Below, piece after piece: positions 1-10,137 of a stretch of 32,000 nt of DNA. The notes beneath the pieces were generated by a model. That model worked only from the letters and a program-made list of their open reading frames with translations, was not told the DNA's origin and did no database searches. Position 1 is the first letter of the stretch; every line of letters begins with the position of its first letter. The stretch is from Fastidiosibacter lacustris (GTDB taxonomy: Bacteria; Pseudomonadota; Gammaproteobacteria; Francisellales; Francisellaceae): positions 30,001 through 62,000 of the forward strand of contig NZ_QLIR01000007.1 in NCBI RefSeq assembly GCF_003428155.1, read 5' to 3'. The position numbers and the translations under genes are program-made.

Positions 1-801
1 AAAGTGATAACACTTTTTTGTGAGGTAGATGGGACGTTCCCTAATCATCATCCAGATCCAAGTAAGCCGCAAAATCTAATGGATTTAATTTATGCAGTTA
101 AAGAACATCAAGCAGATGTCGGTCTTGCATTTGATGGCGATGGTGATCGTTTGGGTGTAATTACACCAAATGGTCAGAATATTTTTTCTGATCGCCAGCT
201 TATGTTGTATGCCGAAGACGTGTTAAAACGTCACCCAAATGCTACAATTTTATTTGACGTAAAATGCAGTAAGAACGTAGCAAATTTTGTTGAGAAGCTA
301 GGTGGTAAAGCAGTGATGTCTCAAACAGGACACGCTTTAATTAAAAAGAGAATGAAAGAAACAAATGCAGAGCTTGCAGGAGAAATGAGCGGTCATATAT
401 TCTTTAATGATCGTTGGTTTGGTTTTGATGATGGCTTGTATACTGGGGTAAGGTTGTTAAATATCTTAGCTAGTAACATCAAAACACTTGATCAGATTTT
501 TGCTACTATTCCTGAGAGTATCAGCACTCCTGAGATTAACATTGAAGTTCCAGAGATACATAAGTTTAAAGTAGTAGATGTGCTTTTAAGAGAGGCAACG
601 ACAAAATTTAAAGATGAAAAAGTGATTACAATTGATGGCATACGTGTTGAATTTAACGATGGCTGGGGTTTGGTGCGTGCATCCAATACAACGCCATGTT
701 TGGTGCTACGTTTTGAAGCGGATACAACCGAAGCACTTGAGCGAATTAAACAAAATTTTATGCAATGGGTGACTGTTATTGCCAATAGCATTATGCATTA
801 A
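1..801 (+). CDS. Phosphomannomutase/phosphoglucomutase, C-terminal part (5' truncated by window edge)
   Basis: Frame is open from the window edge; contains DGDGDRLGV (metal-binding loop) and GEMSGHIFFNDRWFGFDDGLYTGVRLL (sugar-binding motif) typical of the alpha-D-phosphohexomutase family. Confidence 0.93.
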   Translation, partial: KVITLFCEVDGTFPNHHPDPSKPQNLMDLIYAVKEHQADVGLAFDGDGDRLGVITPNGQNIFSDRQLMLYAEDVLKRHPNATILFDVKCSKNVANFVEKLGGKAVMSQTGHALIKKRMKETNAELAGEMSGHIFFNDRWFGFDDGLYTGVRLLNILASNIKTLDQIFATIPESISTPEINIEVPEIHKFKVVDVLLREATTKFKDEKVITIDGIRVEFNDGWGLVRASNTTPCLVLRFEADTTEALERIKQNFMQWVTVIANSIMH

Positions 802-920
802 GAGTTTGTCATAAAATCCTCAAAATTCTCAGCGAAATTTTACTTGAAGGTGAAAAATTTGCATTTTGTTTGTCAAGGTCACTAAAAATCTTTAACATGC
901 TACTGTAATTATCAACGTGA

Positions 921-2222
<1,302 letters not shown>

Positions 2223-2377
2223 TGATTGCTTAACTTGTGATATTCGTCGAAATACAAAAGTTGGGATGTCTTGTTAAAAATAAATAAAGGTAAAATGACA
2301 TTTAAGTGGTGAAAAAATCATCGATAATGCGTACAATGTGCCAAATTTAAACATGGTACCAACGCACTGTAGTTTTT

Positions 2378-3454
2378 ATGTCTTTGCAAAATACTTCTAT
2401 TCAAGAAAATAAAAAACAATATAAAGCGGTTTCACTTATTTCTGGTGGTTTGGATTCAATGCTTTCGACCAAGATCATTCTTGAGCAAGGGATTCATGTC
2501 GAAGGGATCAACTTTTTTACAGGATTCTGTGTTGAGGGTCATACACATGCTATTCGCAAAAAAGATCAATCCAAGCGAAAGCGTAACAATGCTTTATGGG
2601 TTGCTGAGCAACTTGGAGTCAAACTGCATATTATTGACGTTATAGAAGAATATAAAGATGTACTTTTGAATCCAAAATATGGCTATGGCGCCAATATGAA
2701 TCCATGCTTGGATTGTAAGATTTTTATGGTTAAAAAAGCCAAAGAATGGGCATTTGAAAACGGTTTTGATTTTATTATTACAGGAGAGGTGGTTGGACAG
2801 CGTCCGATGTCACAACGAAAAAATACTATGCCGGTTATTCAGAAACAATCAGGTGTTGATGATTTGCTGCTTCGACCATTATGTGCCAAAAACTTGCCTG
2901 AAACTAAGCCTGAGCGTGAAGGCTGGGTGGATCGTAATAAATTATTTGATTTTCATGGACGCAATCGCACTCCACAGTTTGAATTAGCAAAAGCATATGG
3001 CTTTACAAATTATGCTACCCCAGCAGGTGGGTGTTGTTTCTTAACTGATAAACAATACTCAGATAAGCTTGTAGATTTATGGAAAGGGCGAAATGGTAAT
3101 CGTGATTACGATTTTGATGACATTATGTTATTAAAAATAGGGCGTCATATTCGACCGAAACCAGAGTTCAAACTCATCATTGGCCGTGAAGAAGGGGAGA
3201 ATAAATTTTTAAATGGTTATAAGCGTCAATTTCCAAGTATAACGGTTGAAAGCCATGGTGGACCTTTAACTTTAATAGATGGTCAGTTTCCTGAAGTAGA
3301 TGAAATCTTTGTTGCAAGAATTATTGCGCGTTTCTCACAAGGCAAAGATGCAGAACAAGTGACTTTACGCTTTAATTACCCAAATGGTGTTGTGCATGAA
3401 CAATCGGTTAAACCTTTTAGTGTTGAAGAAGTCAAGCAAGAGTGGTATGTGTAA
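2378..3454 (+). CDS. PP-loop ATPase, putative tRNA thiolation enzyme (MnmA/ThiI-related adenine nucleotide alpha hydrolase superfamily)
   Basis: 358 aa with PP-loop SGGLDS, NPCLDCKIFM cysteine motif and TPAGGCCFLT; adjacent TusA-like gene. Confidence 0.75.
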   Translation: MSLQNTSIQENKKQYKAVSLISGGLDSMLSTKIILEQGIHVEGINFFTGFCVEGHTHAIRKKDQSKRKRNNALWVAEQLGVKLHIIDVIEEYKDVLLNPKYGYGANMNPCLDCKIFMVKKAKEWAFENGFDFIITGEVVGQRPMSQRKNTMPVIQKQSGVDDLLLRPLCAKNLPETKPEREGWVDRNKLFDFHGRNRTPQFELAKAYGFTNYATPAGGCCFLTDKQYSDKLVDLWKGRNGNRDYDFDDIMLLKIGRHIRPKPEFKLIIGREEGENKFLNGYKRQFPSITVESHGGPLTLIDGQFPEVDEIFVARIIARFSQGKDAEQVTLRFNYPNGVVHEQSVKPFSVEEVKQEWYV

Positions 3455-3678
3455 TGAAAATTGACCTTGAGCTTAATTTACGCAACCTTTTGTGTCCAAT
3501 GCCGGTAATTAAAACCCAAAACGTTTTGAAAAAGATGTGTTTAGGAGAGCATTTAAAAATCATTTGTACTGATCCAGGCGTAAAACATGATATTCCAACT
3601 TGGTGTAAGATCAATGATTATGTTATCGTAGAGCAATTTGAGCAAGACGATGATTTTGTATTTGTAATTAAGGCATAG
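3454..3678 (+). CDS. TusA-family sulfur carrier/sulfurtransferase
   Basis: MKIDLELNLRNLLCPMPVIKTQ... contains the CPxP motif (LCPMPV) and TDPGVKHDIPTWC. ATG at 3454 overlaps the upstream TAA by 1 nt, so the longer 3442 start of the ORF track is unlikely. Confidence 0.88.
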   Translation: MKIDLELNLRNLLCPMPVIKTQNVLKKMCLGEHLKIICTDPGVKHDIPTWCKINDYVIVEQFEQDDDFVFVIKA

Positions 3679-3680
3679 TG

Positions 3681-3869
3681 ATGGATACAAAGCTATTAAG
3701 TATTTTAGTTTGCCCTGAATGCCAGGCACCTTTGGTATATGATAAGGAAAACAAAAGGCTTATTTGTAAGGCAGATAAGCTGGCTTATCCGATTATTGAT
3801 GATGTACCACGGATGTTGGTTGAAGAAGCGCAAAGATTAACGCTAGAAGAAGTCAAACACTATGATTAA
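3681..3869 (+). CDS. Trm112 family protein (YcaR-like)
   Basis: MDTKLLSILVCPECQAPLVYDKENKRLICKADKLAYPIIDDVPRML matches the short Trm112/YcaR pattern; lies directly upstream of kdsB. Confidence 0.88.
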   Translation: MDTKLLSILVCPECQAPLVYDKENKRLICKADKLAYPIIDDVPRMLVEEAQRLTLEEVKHYD

Positions 3870-4617
3870 ACGACATATTATTATTCCAGCACGGTTACAA
3901 TCAACTCGTCTGCAAAATAAACTTTTGTTAGAAATTGCGGGCAAACCCATTATTGAACATGTTTACCAAAAAGCATTGATGTGTGGTTTTGAACAGGTCA
4001 TCGTCGCTACGGATAGTGATGAAATAAAAAAAGTTGTTGAGACTTTTGGTGGCAATGTTTGTATGACACGTCATGATCACCAATCTGGTACTGATCGTTT
4101 AGCAGAAGCAGCTTATAAACTCAATATTCTTGATGATGATATCATTGTCAATATTCAAGGAGATGAGCCACTAATTCCTGTGGAAAACGTCATTCAGGCT
4201 GTTCAGTTGTTGGTAACAAATAAACAAGCATCGATGGCGACTTTGTGTGAGCCTATAATCGAAGGAAGTGAAATTCATAACCCAAACTGTGTTAAAGTCG
4301 TATTTGATCAACAAGGATATGCACTTTACTTTTCGCGTGCACCTATTCCTTGGCAACGTGGGGTGTTTGATCAAGGGCGTGTTAATATCGGTGATCATTA
4401 TCGACACATTGGCTTGTATGCTTATCGGGCAGCATTTTTAAAAGAATATGCTTTGATGACAAAAAGTCCATTAGAGCAAGTTGAATCTCTAGAGCAACTA
4501 AGAGTGTTGTGGCATGGGAAAAAGATTGCAATAGCAATTGCTAAATTTAGTACCCCTCCAGGTGTTGACACTCAAGCGGATTTGGATAAAGTGAGAAACT
4601 TGTATGAAAGGCTTTAA
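3862..4617 (+). CDS. kdsB: 3-deoxy-manno-octulosonate cytidylyltransferase
   Basis: IIPARLQSTRLQNKLLLEIAGKPIIEHVYQKA, VATDSDEI, NIQGDEPLI, YFSRAPIPWQR, HIGLYAYRAAFL, LEQLESLEQLRVLWHG-type motifs. Confidence 0.96.
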   Translation: MIKRHIIIPARLQSTRLQNKLLLEIAGKPIIEHVYQKALMCGFEQVIVATDSDEIKKVVETFGGNVCMTRHDHQSGTDRLAEAAYKLNILDDDIIVNIQGDEPLIPVENVIQAVQLLVTNKQASMATLCEPIIEGSEIHNPNCVKVVFDQQGYALYFSRAPIPWQRGVFDQGRVNIGDHYRHIGLYAYRAAFLKEYALMTKSPLEQVESLEQLRVLWHGKKIAIAIAKFSTPPGVDTQADLDKVRNLYERL

Positions 4618-5020
4618 ATTGGATGACAATCTGGCTACAAGTTCAAGTTTAGTAGTAGATCTCGGTGACATTGAGCTAAGGTTGTCTAATAATGCGTTGT
4701 TACCATGGTTGCTACTTATTCCAAAAGTGAATGTGATTGAATGGTATGAGCTTGATGAGAACATGCAAAGGCGACTCAATCAGCTTATTAATGTGTTGTC
4801 TAAGTTCTTAAAAGAAGTGTTAAATGTCGATAAGGTAAACGTTGCAATCATAGGCAATGTGGTCTCACAAATGCACGTTCATGTTATCGGTCGTAACAAG
4901 GATGATTTTTGCTGGCCGAATGTAGTCTGGGGGAAAAGTGAATTTAAGGCTTATACGGAAGCTAAAAAACGGCAATTATGCTTGGCATTACAAAAAGAAA
5001 TTGATGCTTTTTGTTGTTAA
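4604..5020 (+). CDS. HIT domain protein
   Basis: 138 aa; MHVHVIGR (HxHxxGR) histidine-triad-like motif after QMHVH. Overlaps the kdsB 3' end by 14 nt. Confidence 0.8.
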   Translation: MKGFKLDDNLATSSSLVVDLGDIELRLSNNALLPWLLLIPKVNVIEWYELDENMQRRLNQLINVLSKFLKEVLNVDKVNVAIIGNVVSQMHVHVIGRNKDDFCWPNVVWGKSEFKAYTEAKKRQLCLALQKEIDAFCC

Positions 5021-5120
5021 AGAAATTTCTAAATGTGACCGCATTTTGAGCATGAATAAAATATAGACAGCAAGCCTGTGATTGAGTCAAAATAAAACTC
5101 TAAAAAGTGATAAAATGCAA

Positions 5121-5148
5121 TTGACTTTAGGTCTTTAGCCCTTATAAT
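5121..5148 (+). promoter_or_regulatory. Sigma70-type promoter for the tRNA Gly-Cys-Leu cluster
   Basis: TTGACT (5121-5126), 16-bp spacer, TATAAT (5143-5148), about 13 bp before the tRNA-Gly start. Confidence 0.75.
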
Positions 5149-5161
5149 TTGATCCTGTTCT

Positions 5162-5236
5162 GCGGGAATAGCTCAGTGGTAGAGCACAACCTTGCCAAGG
5201 TTGGGGTCGCGAGTTCGAACCTCGTTTCCCGCTCCA
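5162..5236 (+). tRNA. tRNA-Gly (GCC)
   Basis: GCGGGAATAGCTCAGTGGTAGAGCACAACCTTGCCAAGGTTGGGGTCGCGAGTTCGAACCTCGTTTCCCGCTCCA; cloverleaf pairs, anticodon GCC, encoded CCA. Confidence 0.96.
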
Positions 5237-5238
5237 GC

Positions 5239-5312
5239 GGCTGGGTAGCAAAGTGGTTATGCAGAGGCCTGCAAAGCCTTGGACACCGGTTCGATTCCGG
5301 TCTCAGCCTCCA
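5239..5312 (+). tRNA. tRNA-Cys (GCA)
   Basis: GGCTGGG...CTCAGCC TCCA acceptor, GGTTCGATTCC T-arm, anticodon GCA in CCTGCAAAG. Confidence 0.95.
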
Positions 5313-5318
5313 AAATAC

Positions 5319-5408
5319 GCCCGGGTGGTGAAATAGGTAGACACAAGGGACTTAAAATCCCTCGAGAATTAAACTCTCGTGCCGGTTCGACTCCGGCTCC
5401 GGGCACCA
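5319..5408 (+). tRNA. tRNA-Leu (UAA)
   Basis: GCCCGGG...TCCGGGCACCA with long variable arm and anticodon TAA in GGGACTTAAAATCCC; 90 nt. Confidence 0.95.
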
Positions 5409-5714
5409 AATAATTATTTCATAATGTTTCACAAAATCTTTAAATTCCTTAGCAAATAAGGGTAAATCTGATAATACAAATTAATATAGAATTTCACAAT
5501 GAATTTACTTGCTGATTTTACGCTTAGATATGCACATTTTTGAACCGCCAAGCAAACGGTCGTTTTGTTTGTATATCAGTGTGCTACTGATGCATCTTGA
5601 TTTTTCAAAAAACAATATGTAACAATAATAATTAAAATATGTCATTATGTATTTAGATGATTCAGAATTATGATTCTGACACCAAATAATAGGAAATATA
5701 GAGGAGATCTTTTA

Positions 5715-5903
5715 ATGGAAACTAGTTTGCATAACTTAGAAAAAAATATTTTAAATAAATTTAATATAAATCAAGATGATTGGGTTGATTGGCGTTGGCA
5801 ACAGAGAAACACTATCTAAAGATGCTGATGATTTATATGCATCCCTTGGTAATAGTTGGGAGCAAAACATTCAGGATAAGGTTATCCAAGCTACAACATG
5901 GTG
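5715..5903 (+). pseudogene. Degenerate gene; N-terminus resembles KamA/lysine 2,3-aminomutase family, radical SAM core absent
   Basis: Frame 5715-5819 gives METSLHNLEKNILNKFNINQDDWVDWRWQQRNTI*, with the W-x-x-W-x-W-Q-x-x-N pattern of KamA N-termini. An adjacent frame continues TLSKDADDLYASLGNSWEQNIQDKVIQATTW*. No CxxxCxxC region follows. Confidence 0.5.
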
Positions 5904-6053
5904 AACGCTGAGGTTGAGGAAAATTATTTGCTAAAGTGCTGGGCTAAGGTTGGTGACGCATCTCAAGCGTTAGAGAGTTACACAACACTTTTAAATATAG
6001 TTACACCAAATATTTTGAGAGAGTCACTACTAAATGTGGGGGCGGTATCATGA
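5898..6053 (+). CDS. Short unassigned ORF or fragment (51 aa)
   Basis: MVNAEVEENYLLKCWAKVGDASQALESYTTLLNIVTPNILRESLLNVGAVS*; ATGA overlap with the next gene. Below the ORF-track cutoff. May be the tail of the degenerate upstream gene. Confidence 0.4.
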   Translation: MVNAEVEENYLLKCWAKVGDASQALESYTTLLNIVTPNILRESLLNVGAVS

Positions 6054-6772
6054 GCAATGAAGCTGGGCAATTATTTTTTATACAGAATCATTATGTGCAT
6101 CAACAGAATTATAAAGACCTTATATCGTGTGATGATGAAAGCGTGCGTAGCTTCAAAGCACATTGGGATAGACTGGTGCATGATGATAATTTCAAAGATT
6201 ATACGAACAGGAGGCGACGTATACTTCGTTATACGTATGACGTGATATCAAATAATCTTAGAATTAATCGTGATAGTGAGTATAAATCCTCAGTGACATA
6301 TGACATTCCCTATCAGCAAGGTGCTAATAAACTAACTTATGCCGAGGAAAGTTTTATCCATCATCCTATTACGCAGCAATTAATTACAACAGATCTTGAT
6401 TTTTTCAAATCTCATCTAGATAAGCAGAGTCGTTATGAAGTGAATGCGCATTTGTTTAGAGTACAAGCTGATGATGAAGGTATTAGCCCAACCACTTCAG
6501 GTATTCATCGAGATGGCATGGATTTTATTGGGATGCATTTTATTGATGCGCATAATACAGTTGATGTGGTTTCAAAGCTTTATGCATCAGATCGATCAGA
6601 GAGTGAAGTGTTTAGTAAACCAATGAGCGCTTTTTTGGAAACTCTTCTAGTCAATGATCAGAAGCTTTATCATAGTGCCAGTGAAGTAAAACAGAATAAA
6701 AATACAAATCAAATCGCCTATCGTGATTTGTTGCTTGTGACTTTACACAAAACTAAAGAGATATTGGCATGA
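6050..6772 (+). CDS. 2OG-Fe dioxygenase family protein (amino-acid hydroxylase-like)
   Basis: 240 aa; QISPTTSGIHRDGMDFIGMHFI-like HxD motif (GIHRDGMDF), late ALLLVTLHK-type segment, resembling the 2OG-Fe_Oxy_2 family (BsmA/isoleucine dioxygenase-like). Confidence 0.8.
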   Translation: MSNEAGQLFFIQNHYVHQQNYKDLISCDDESVRSFKAHWDRLVHDDNFKDYTNRRRRILRYTYDVISNNLRINRDSEYKSSVTYDIPYQQGANKLTYAEESFIHHPITQQLITTDLDFFKSHLDKQSRYEVNAHLFRVQADDEGISPTTSGIHRDGMDFIGMHFIDAHNTVDVVSKLYASDRSESEVFSKPMSAFLETLLVNDQKLYHSASEVKQNKNTNQIAYRDLLLVTLHKTKEILA

Positions 6773-8004
6773 CAGGTGTAGTTAATCAATGGCATGGCTC
6801 TGCGCGAAATGCATTTCTAATCATCTTTGCCCGAGGGGTGTCAGATTTCGGTGCATTTTTAAATATGGTGGCATTGTCGACATATGTTTATATTCTAAGT
6901 AACAGTGTTATGCACATTAGCATTTTCTTAGCCGCGCGTGTAGCTGGTGGTATTTTTGCCAGTAGTATTGGAACGCTGTTTTTTCGTCGTTTCATTGGCA
7001 AGTGGTCGCTTATTTGGTTTGATGTGTTGCGAGCGTTATTGCTAGCAAGTCTCTTTGTTATACCACAATCAATGCAAGTATATATTTTACCAATCATTGC
7101 CTTTGGCATCGGTCTAGGAAACTCGATGTTTTCGATTGGGATTAATACTCAAATTCCATATTTAATTCAGGATTCCAAAAGAGTATCAGTGAATGGATGG
7201 TTGTCTTCAATTTCAGCAACATCTGCAGTTTTGGGTAGTTTAGTATCTGGTTTAGTTGTAGCGCTAAGTGGTTATGATGCAGTTTTTGCACTGAATATCA
7301 TTACGTATTTGTTAGCTGGCATCATTATCTATCCGATTACGATTTTACGTGATCCTAGTAAACAAAAAACTTCTTCAAATAAAGAATGGCAAAATTTATT
7401 TAAAGCACTACGAGGACATAAAATGCTTGCCTTTATATTGCTAATTACTATGGCAGATACATTAGGCAGTGCGGCACATAACGTGGGATTTCCAATTATA
7501 TCAAAACTCATTACTCCAGAATCAATTAGTAGCACTGTGGGGCTGATTTTAGCATTGTGGGCAATTGGCAAATTTGGCGGAGCTCGCTTAATAAGCCGAT
7601 TACTCAAAAATAAAAACAACTTAAGTATGGAGCGTTTTTTCATGCTTGGTGTATTTTTAATGTCGACAGGTTTCATTTTACTGTTTGCTCAAAGTTCTAC
7701 AATGTGGCTTATTCCTTTTGCGATGTGGGCTGGTTTGGGAGATGGGGTATCTGAAGTAAGCTTACTATCACGTGTACAAAATGAATCTGATGAAGTACGA
7801 CTCCCCATTTTCAGTTTATTAACTTTGATGCAGATGACAGGCTTTGGTATTGGGATGTTAATCGTCGCACCATTCTTCGTGTGGTGGGCGCCGATGTATG
7901 TTGTGATATTATTTCATGGTATTCCTATTGGAATAATGCTCATGGTGTTTTGTAAAATGTATAGTCATCTATTTAAGCAAACCGATACTATGATTGCAAA
8001 GTGA
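6769..8004 (+). CDS. MFS transporter
   Basis: 411 aa, about 12 hydrophobic segments; ATGA overlap with the upstream dioxygenase suggests coupling. Confidence 0.85.
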   Translation: MTGVVNQWHGSARNAFLIIFARGVSDFGAFLNMVALSTYVYILSNSVMHISIFLAARVAGGIFASSIGTLFFRRFIGKWSLIWFDVLRALLLASLFVIPQSMQVYILPIIAFGIGLGNSMFSIGINTQIPYLIQDSKRVSVNGWLSSISATSAVLGSLVSGLVVALSGYDAVFALNIITYLLAGIIIYPITILRDPSKQKTSSNKEWQNLFKALRGHKMLAFILLITMADTLGSAAHNVGFPIISKLITPESISSTVGLILALWAIGKFGGARLISRLLKNKNNLSMERFFMLGVFLMSTGFILLFAQSSTMWLIPFAMWAGLGDGVSEVSLLSRVQNESDEVRLPIFSLLTLMQMTGFGIGMLIVAPFFVWWAPMYVVILFHGIPIGIMLMVFCKMYSHLFKQTDTMIAK

Positions 8005-8400
8005 GAAATATGTTTTTTATTTTCCCGTAAAGCCTATAATCCTTTGATATTAAAAGGATTTTGGAGATATATATTCACCAACTTTATTAAAAAGCAAAAC
8101 GTTTTAAAGATATATAGAATAAGGGCTAAAGGCACTTTGAGAGTACAAACCAGCGCTATCTGGAATTAACGCCAAAAGGTAAATTCTAACATTATTTCCG
8201 AGGTTGTTTGTTTATCACATCTCTAGAGATACCCTCTAGAAACAAAATTTACAACCTCATTTTTATCTCATGGCTAAATTTCGTTCTTTTATATCGAACT
8301 TACATTATACAGAGGGATCCGAAAAATTTATTGAAAATCTGAAAGTTTTGTATTTAAATGGTTTTGTTTTCTTAGTTTGGAGTTGGTTTTGGAGCGGTGG

Positions 8401-8832
8401 ATGAATAAGAAACTGTATCTGTTGTTATTAGGAACATTTATCATAGCAGGTTGTGCGCAGAGAGATATACCTAGGTTACCATCTCAACAAATGTCGGAGG
8501 TTGTGCTTAAAAAACATGAACCTTCTCAAACGACTTTAATGCAAATAGCAAGTGATCAAGCTGCTTTGGCTGATATAGAAGATAGCAATGCAAGGGTGGA
8601 AGAAGTACAGACAAATGCAAAACAGGATTCTGAGATTCAACTACAAAACGATGAGAAAATAAGCATTAATCAACCTGTAACCTATAAAGTTGAGATTGGC
8701 GATAGCTTATATAGCATTGCGCGCAAAAATAATATCAGTATTGTATGTTTAGCCAAAGTAAATAAAATAAACGATCCTAATCGCTTAGCTGCAGGGCAAA
8801 CTTTAACTGTTCCTAAAGCCAGTGATTGTTAA
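8401..8832 (+). CDS. LysM-domain lipoprotein
   Basis: Start MNKKLYLLLLGTFIIAGCAQRD is a lipoprotein signal with an IAGC lipobox; C-terminal VEIGDSLYSIARKNNISIVCLAKVNKINDPNRLAAGQTLTVP is a LysM repeat. ATG 8401 preferred over the 8377 start. Confidence 0.87.
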   Translation: MNKKLYLLLLGTFIIAGCAQRDIPRLPSQQMSEVVLKKHEPSQTTLMQIASDQAALADIEDSNARVEEVQTNAKQDSEIQLQNDEKISINQPVTYKVEIGDSLYSIARKNNISIVCLAKVNKINDPNRLAAGQTLTVPKASDC

Positions 8833-8888
8833 TTTTTCTTATGCGATAGCAATTAAAAATAATAAGCCTGTGTATTCAGCTTTGAGAC

Positions 8889-8965
8889 TGGTAGCTACGA
8901 CTGGACTTGAACCAGTGACCCCAGCATTATGAATGCTGTGCTCTAACCAACTGAGCTACGTAGCC
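8889..8965 (-). tRNA. tRNA-Met (CAU)
   Basis: Reverse complement GGCTACGTAGCTCAGTTGGTTAGAGCACAGCATTCATAATGCTGGGGTCACTGGTTCAAGTCCAGTCGTAGCTACCA; anticodon CAT, elongator-like. Confidence 0.94.
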
Positions 8966-9204
8966 ACAACAGGGAGGAATATTATCAAGATTGAGTTTGT
9001 TGTCAATCCTTTTTTAAACATTTGTCGAGAGGTGTGGATTTGAGCGCTATTTTAGGTAATAGGTGCTGATTTTTGGTTGAATTGTGTCTATAATGTCCGC
9101 CTGGTCGCACAATATATAGGCATGTGAGCCGTTTAGGAGTCATAAAAAAATAGCTGATATAGTTGTGCCAGAGTGAATGAGTAAATAAATTTAGGAACCT
9201 TTAA

Positions 9205-9993
9205 ATGTCTGACGGTAGAAATAAGCTAAATGATTTTTCATTATTAAAATCATTAGTGGGTGGCAAAAGCATAAAAGATAAAACAGATCGGTTGCGCAAG
9301 GCACATGCAACTGCAGCGAAACGTAATGAATCTCAAGAAGTATCTAAAGAGAGTCAGCGTCCTGCAATGCAATCAAAGTCAGAACAAAAAACATTTGAAT
9401 GTCACACAAGACAAGAGCGGATCAATCAGGTGAGAACTCCTTTTAGGATGCCTCAATATGGTCAAAAACCACAAACAGAGCTTATTGTAGACATCCCAGA
9501 AGGGCAGCAACAAGAAGAACTCATTATTGAAATCAATGTAGAAAAAGAGCGTTTGAAAGAAGAGCAGCGCTTATTTAAATGGTTGTGTCAACGTTTTCCA
9601 AAGTGTTTTGACCCTAAGAGCAAAAAGCCGCTTAAGATTGGCATTAGTGAAGACATAGAAATTATTTATTATAATGAACATTATGCTCCAGTTGATCCTT
9701 ACATATTAAAGAATGTGATCAGGCGTTACGTTGGTGATACTCGTTATCAGCATTCTGTGATTGAATATAAACAGCGTTTTAATTTATATGGTCAGCCAGT
9801 TCAAGATTTCAATGAAGAGCATATTTCGTATGCAAAGCAGCGCTTAGATGAAATTGCGGAAAAAGCTGAGTTGAGGGCGCAAGGTATTAATGTCAGGGAA
9901 TATTATCAGCAAAAACGCGAAGAACAAAAAAAGACAAAGGAATTACAAGGAAGTAGTAGTGTGGCACAACAAAGTCAGGATTTACAACAATAA
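9205..9993 (+). CDS. ProQ/FinO-domain RNA-binding protein
   Basis: Central segment LFKWLCQRFPKCFDPKSKKPLKIGISEDI...YILKNVIRRYVGDTRYQHSVIEYKQRFNLYGQPV matches the ProQ/FinO fold pattern; Gln/Lys/Glu-rich flanks. Confidence 0.8.
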   Translation: MSDGRNKLNDFSLLKSLVGGKSIKDKTDRLRKAHATAAKRNESQEVSKESQRPAMQSKSEQKTFECHTRQERINQVRTPFRMPQYGQKPQTELIVDIPEGQQQEELIIEINVEKERLKEEQRLFKWLCQRFPKCFDPKSKKPLKIGISEDIEIIYYNEHYAPVDPYILKNVIRRYVGDTRYQHSVIEYKQRFNLYGQPVQDFNEEHISYAKQRLDEIAEKAELRAQGINVREYYQQKREEQKKTKELQGSSSVAQQSQDLQQ

Positions 9994-10137
9994 GTTTAGG
10001 TAACGTCAAGTGCATGAGTTCTGTAAAAGATCAGAAAACACCTCAAATCGGAATATTCATCTAGTGGAAGCTTGACAAGCTAAAAAGGATAGCTCAATAC
10101 TAGCATCCTAGTTTAGGACAAATAGTAAATATTTTAG

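Noticed and set aside
5149-5331. 60-aa plus-strand ORF
   Set aside because: Lies across tRNA-Gly and tRNA-Cys; typical spurious tRNA-derived ORF.
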